From assembly GCF_044704955.1 (NCBI RefSeq), contig NC_091982.1:174344001-174408000 (forward strand): a stretch of 64,000 nucleotides of DNA, read 5' to 3'. Source of the stretch: Pristiophorus japonicus. Its lineage: Eukaryota. This document shows positions 61,264 to 64,000 of the stretch, in pieces. Below the pieces are notes generated by a model. It did no database searches, was not told the DNA's origin, and worked only from the letters and a program-made list of their open reading frames with translations. A program made the position numbers and the translations under genes. Within the stretch, counting starts at the first letter, position 1, and every line of letters starts with the position of its first letter.

Positions 61264-61910
61264 ATAAGAACATAAGAAATAGGAGCAGGGATAGGCCACC
61301 TGGCCCCTCGAGCCTGCTCCGCCAATTAATAATATCTTGGCTGATCTGATCATGGACTCAGCTTCACTTCCCTGCCCGCTCCCCATAACCTTTATTCCCT
61401 TATCGCTCAAAAATCTGTCTATCACTGCCTTAAATATATTCAATGACCCAGCCTCCGCAGCTCTCTGGGACAGAGAATTCTATAAATTTACAACCCTCAG
61501 AAGAAATGCCTCCTCATCTCAATTTTAAATTGGCGGCCCCTTATTCTGGGATTATGTCCCCTAGTTTTAGTTTTCCCCATGAGTGGAAATATCCTCTGCA
61601 TCCACCTTGTCGAGCCCCCACATTATCTTGTATGTTTCAATAAGATCACCTCTCATTCTTCTGAACTTCAATGAGTATAGGCCCAACCTACTCGATCCAT
61701 CTTCATGTCAACCCCCTCATCTCCAGAATCAACCTAGTGAACCTTCTTTGAACAGCCTCCAATGCCAGTATATCCTTCCTTAAATACGGAGACCAAAACT
61801 GCATGCAGTATTCTTGGTGTGGCCTCACCAATACCCTGTACAGTTGTAGCAGGATTGCTCTGCTTTTATACTCTCTTCCCCCTTGCAATAAAGGCCAACA
61901 TTCCATTTGC
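61264..61910 (-). mobile_element. CR1 3' fragment
   Basis: ataagaacataagaaatagg tail; ORF 61703-61906(-) LLQLYRVLVRPHQEYCMQFW. Confidence 0.88.
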
Positions 61911-62129
61911 TATTAAGAACTAGTTGGTTTATTAACAAAAGGTTTAACAGTCACACTACACATTACCAGTTCATCCACCAGGCTCACACCACCTGCCTCA
62001 TCGTGGATCCCCCGAACCCAAGTGGCTGGGGTTTTATTGAGTCTTGTGAACATCACGTGACTGGCTATGCCACTCACACCTCAACAGCCCTACCATCCTG
62101 TGAGCATACTCAAAGATGCATACATTACA
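61911..62129 (-). mobile_element. Possible truncated LTR fragment
   Basis: Ends cattaca (TGTAATG on -) and carries AATAAA motifs on -; no partner terminus or TSD seen. Confidence 0.3.
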
Positions 62130-63262
62130 CCACTGATGTGGGATAGTGTACTTTGCTATTGTGCAAAGGTAGGTAGTATGGATTGAATGAAGCAATAATG
62201 TACTTTTTATTAATTAGTATGAAGCCTCGTCTTACCAAATGTTTGCTCGATCCACCTTTGGAGAGATTGAAGAAACATTTGCAAAGGATGAGATTACAAG
62301 GGAATTGCTTTTGTTATGCCGTTGGGTTACACTATCGTACAAATAGCTATAGGGTAGTGTCAGTCAACTACCATGAAAGACTCTCGGACCATTTGTAGGA
62401 GCGATTGACACCACTGAAGCCAGGAAGGTATATCTGGCTGACCTGAATTTGTAACACTTGGACTCCCATTTGCTTTTTGCCCATGGAAATTTGACATGGC
62501 ACTGTATTTGGAACTAAAAGCTCGGTGTGGTGAATTGTGGGCATTCATTATGACCAGTGATCGGTTTAGGAAATCACTAATAAAAAAGTTCCTATCTTGT
62601 CAATGAATCTGTACTCTCAATCAATATGTGTGCTACTGTGGATGGAGGTTGAAGGAGCAAATGCCAATAATTTCCTGAGATGGGGAATTTTTCTTTTTGT
62701 AGCTATAGCTAACTACAAAGTAAAATATACAAAATAGTTTATGTTCTAATAACATGGGTTGTGTTTTGTACAATGCAATTAGTGTTAGCTAGCTAACATA
62801 ATTAACTAACATAATTTTATTGGCATATCAAGATTTTAGAAATATACAGAAGTGTGGCCCAATCCAAAGATTCAAACAGATGGAGTTTTTTTAATTTGCA
62901 GTCTTTTTTTTAAATGGAGCTCATATGGCATTGGAACCTCCCCACCTGCCCTCATTTTTTTTTGTGTCCAAGTGAGAAAAGAATAATCTTGGAAACAGGG
63001 CAGGAAGGCACTGTTGGTATGAGAGCCAGAGTGTTTTGGTAGGAGAAGGGGGGAAATGAGTGGTTAAAAGGAAATAGGGTGCTGATGTGAACTTGTAACC
63101 CTGAGAATCTCATTAATTATTAACTCTAAAATGGGTGTTTCTGTAACTTTGCTTTATAATACACGCAAACAGTAAATGTGTAGAATCTAGGAAAATATAT
63201 GTTGTTTTAAAAAGCTCTTAAAGAATGTTTGGTAGTTAGAGGTTTTGTATTTTATTTTTCAG

Positions 63263-63400
63263 TCTTCAGAGTCCAAGGCCTTGCAGGATCAGAACACAAA
63301 AATGATAAAAATACTAAGTGGTGAAATGTCTATTGAGTTACATTTACAGTTTTTAATACGAAACAATAACACAGATCTTATGATATTAAAGAACACAAAG
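63263..63400 (+). CDS. PSMD1: PSMD1 exon 9
   Basis: ttttcag|TCT...AAG|gtaaga; [46 protein letters not shown]; 138 nt. Confidence 0.95.
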
Positions 63401-63484
63401 GTAAGAGACTGCAGCTACCTTTGATTTTTGAATTTGAGTAGTCACTTTTGTAACATAATTTGTGAAAATTTATCTATTTGCTAG

Positions 63485-63574
<90 letters not shown>

Positions 63575-63978
63575 TAAATCAAAATGCAGTGTAAGTTTTG
63601 TTTTATTTGTGAAGTAGTGAGATTAAACAAAAAATAATTTTGCAAGGACAATAGTAACATAGATGAGTCTTCCCTTCAATCCATGGATAATAGTGTGGTG
63701 AAATTCTTAATGTATTCTTGTGGGGTAGAAAAGCATTGCGTGAGACTATTTATTTTGCTTTGGAATGTGTCTTGATGAGCAGTGCAATATGCTGTCAATT
63801 ACAGGTTGTGAAAAATCTGGCAGAATGAAAACTATACCACATTTTGTTTGTTTTTATACCAGCATTGTCGAACTGGGGAATTCACCAGGACAATGTTCTT
63901 TTTTTTTCTCATTTTGCTGAAATGAATTGCAGCTTCAAATAAAATGGCCTCCAATGGCTGAGCGTTTACCTCATCAAC

Positions 63979-64000
63979 ATCATAGGCAGTCCCTCGGAAT
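63979..64000 (-). mobile_element. Tail of another RTE LINE cut by the window edge
   Basis: catcataggcagtccctcggaat is identical to the start of the 19457 element. Confidence 0.7.

Noticed and set aside
63270-63286. Alternative AG acceptors inside exon 9
   Set aside because: The first AG has the strong polypyrimidine tract and keeps the frame; nothing in the sequence supports use of the others.

Overview
Eukaryotic vertebrate genomic DNA. The repeat content (CR1 LINEs with esterase ORF1, L2, a SacSINE1-like DeuSINE, two-gene Harbinger transposons) points to a cartilaginous fish such as a shark; this is inference. The window holds the promoter and coding exons 1-10 of PSMD1 (26S proteasome subunit Rpn2) on the + strand (36740-63573, gene continues beyond the window). 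It also holds two frame-compatible terminal exons and a probable long 3' UTR of an upstream + strand gene (10890-~19420; C2orf72-like by synteny, uncertain). Most of the remainder is nested, decayed mobile DNA: several CR1 subfamilies, L2, RTE LINEs and RTE-tailed SINEs, Harbinger elements and their MITEs, TA-TSD and hAT MITEs, a solo LTR, and Penelope-like termini with hammerhead-ribozyme motifs. No intact transposon ORF set, CRISPR, rRNA or clear tRNA gene is seen. The most notable observations are an inverted CR1 pair bracketing the in-frame 288-nt exon 2-4 block of PSMD1, a 5'-inverted RTE insertion with a clean TSD, and minimal hammerhead motifs near and inside PSMD1. Coordinates were counted by eye; repeat boundaries are approximate unless a TSD or TIR is quoted.
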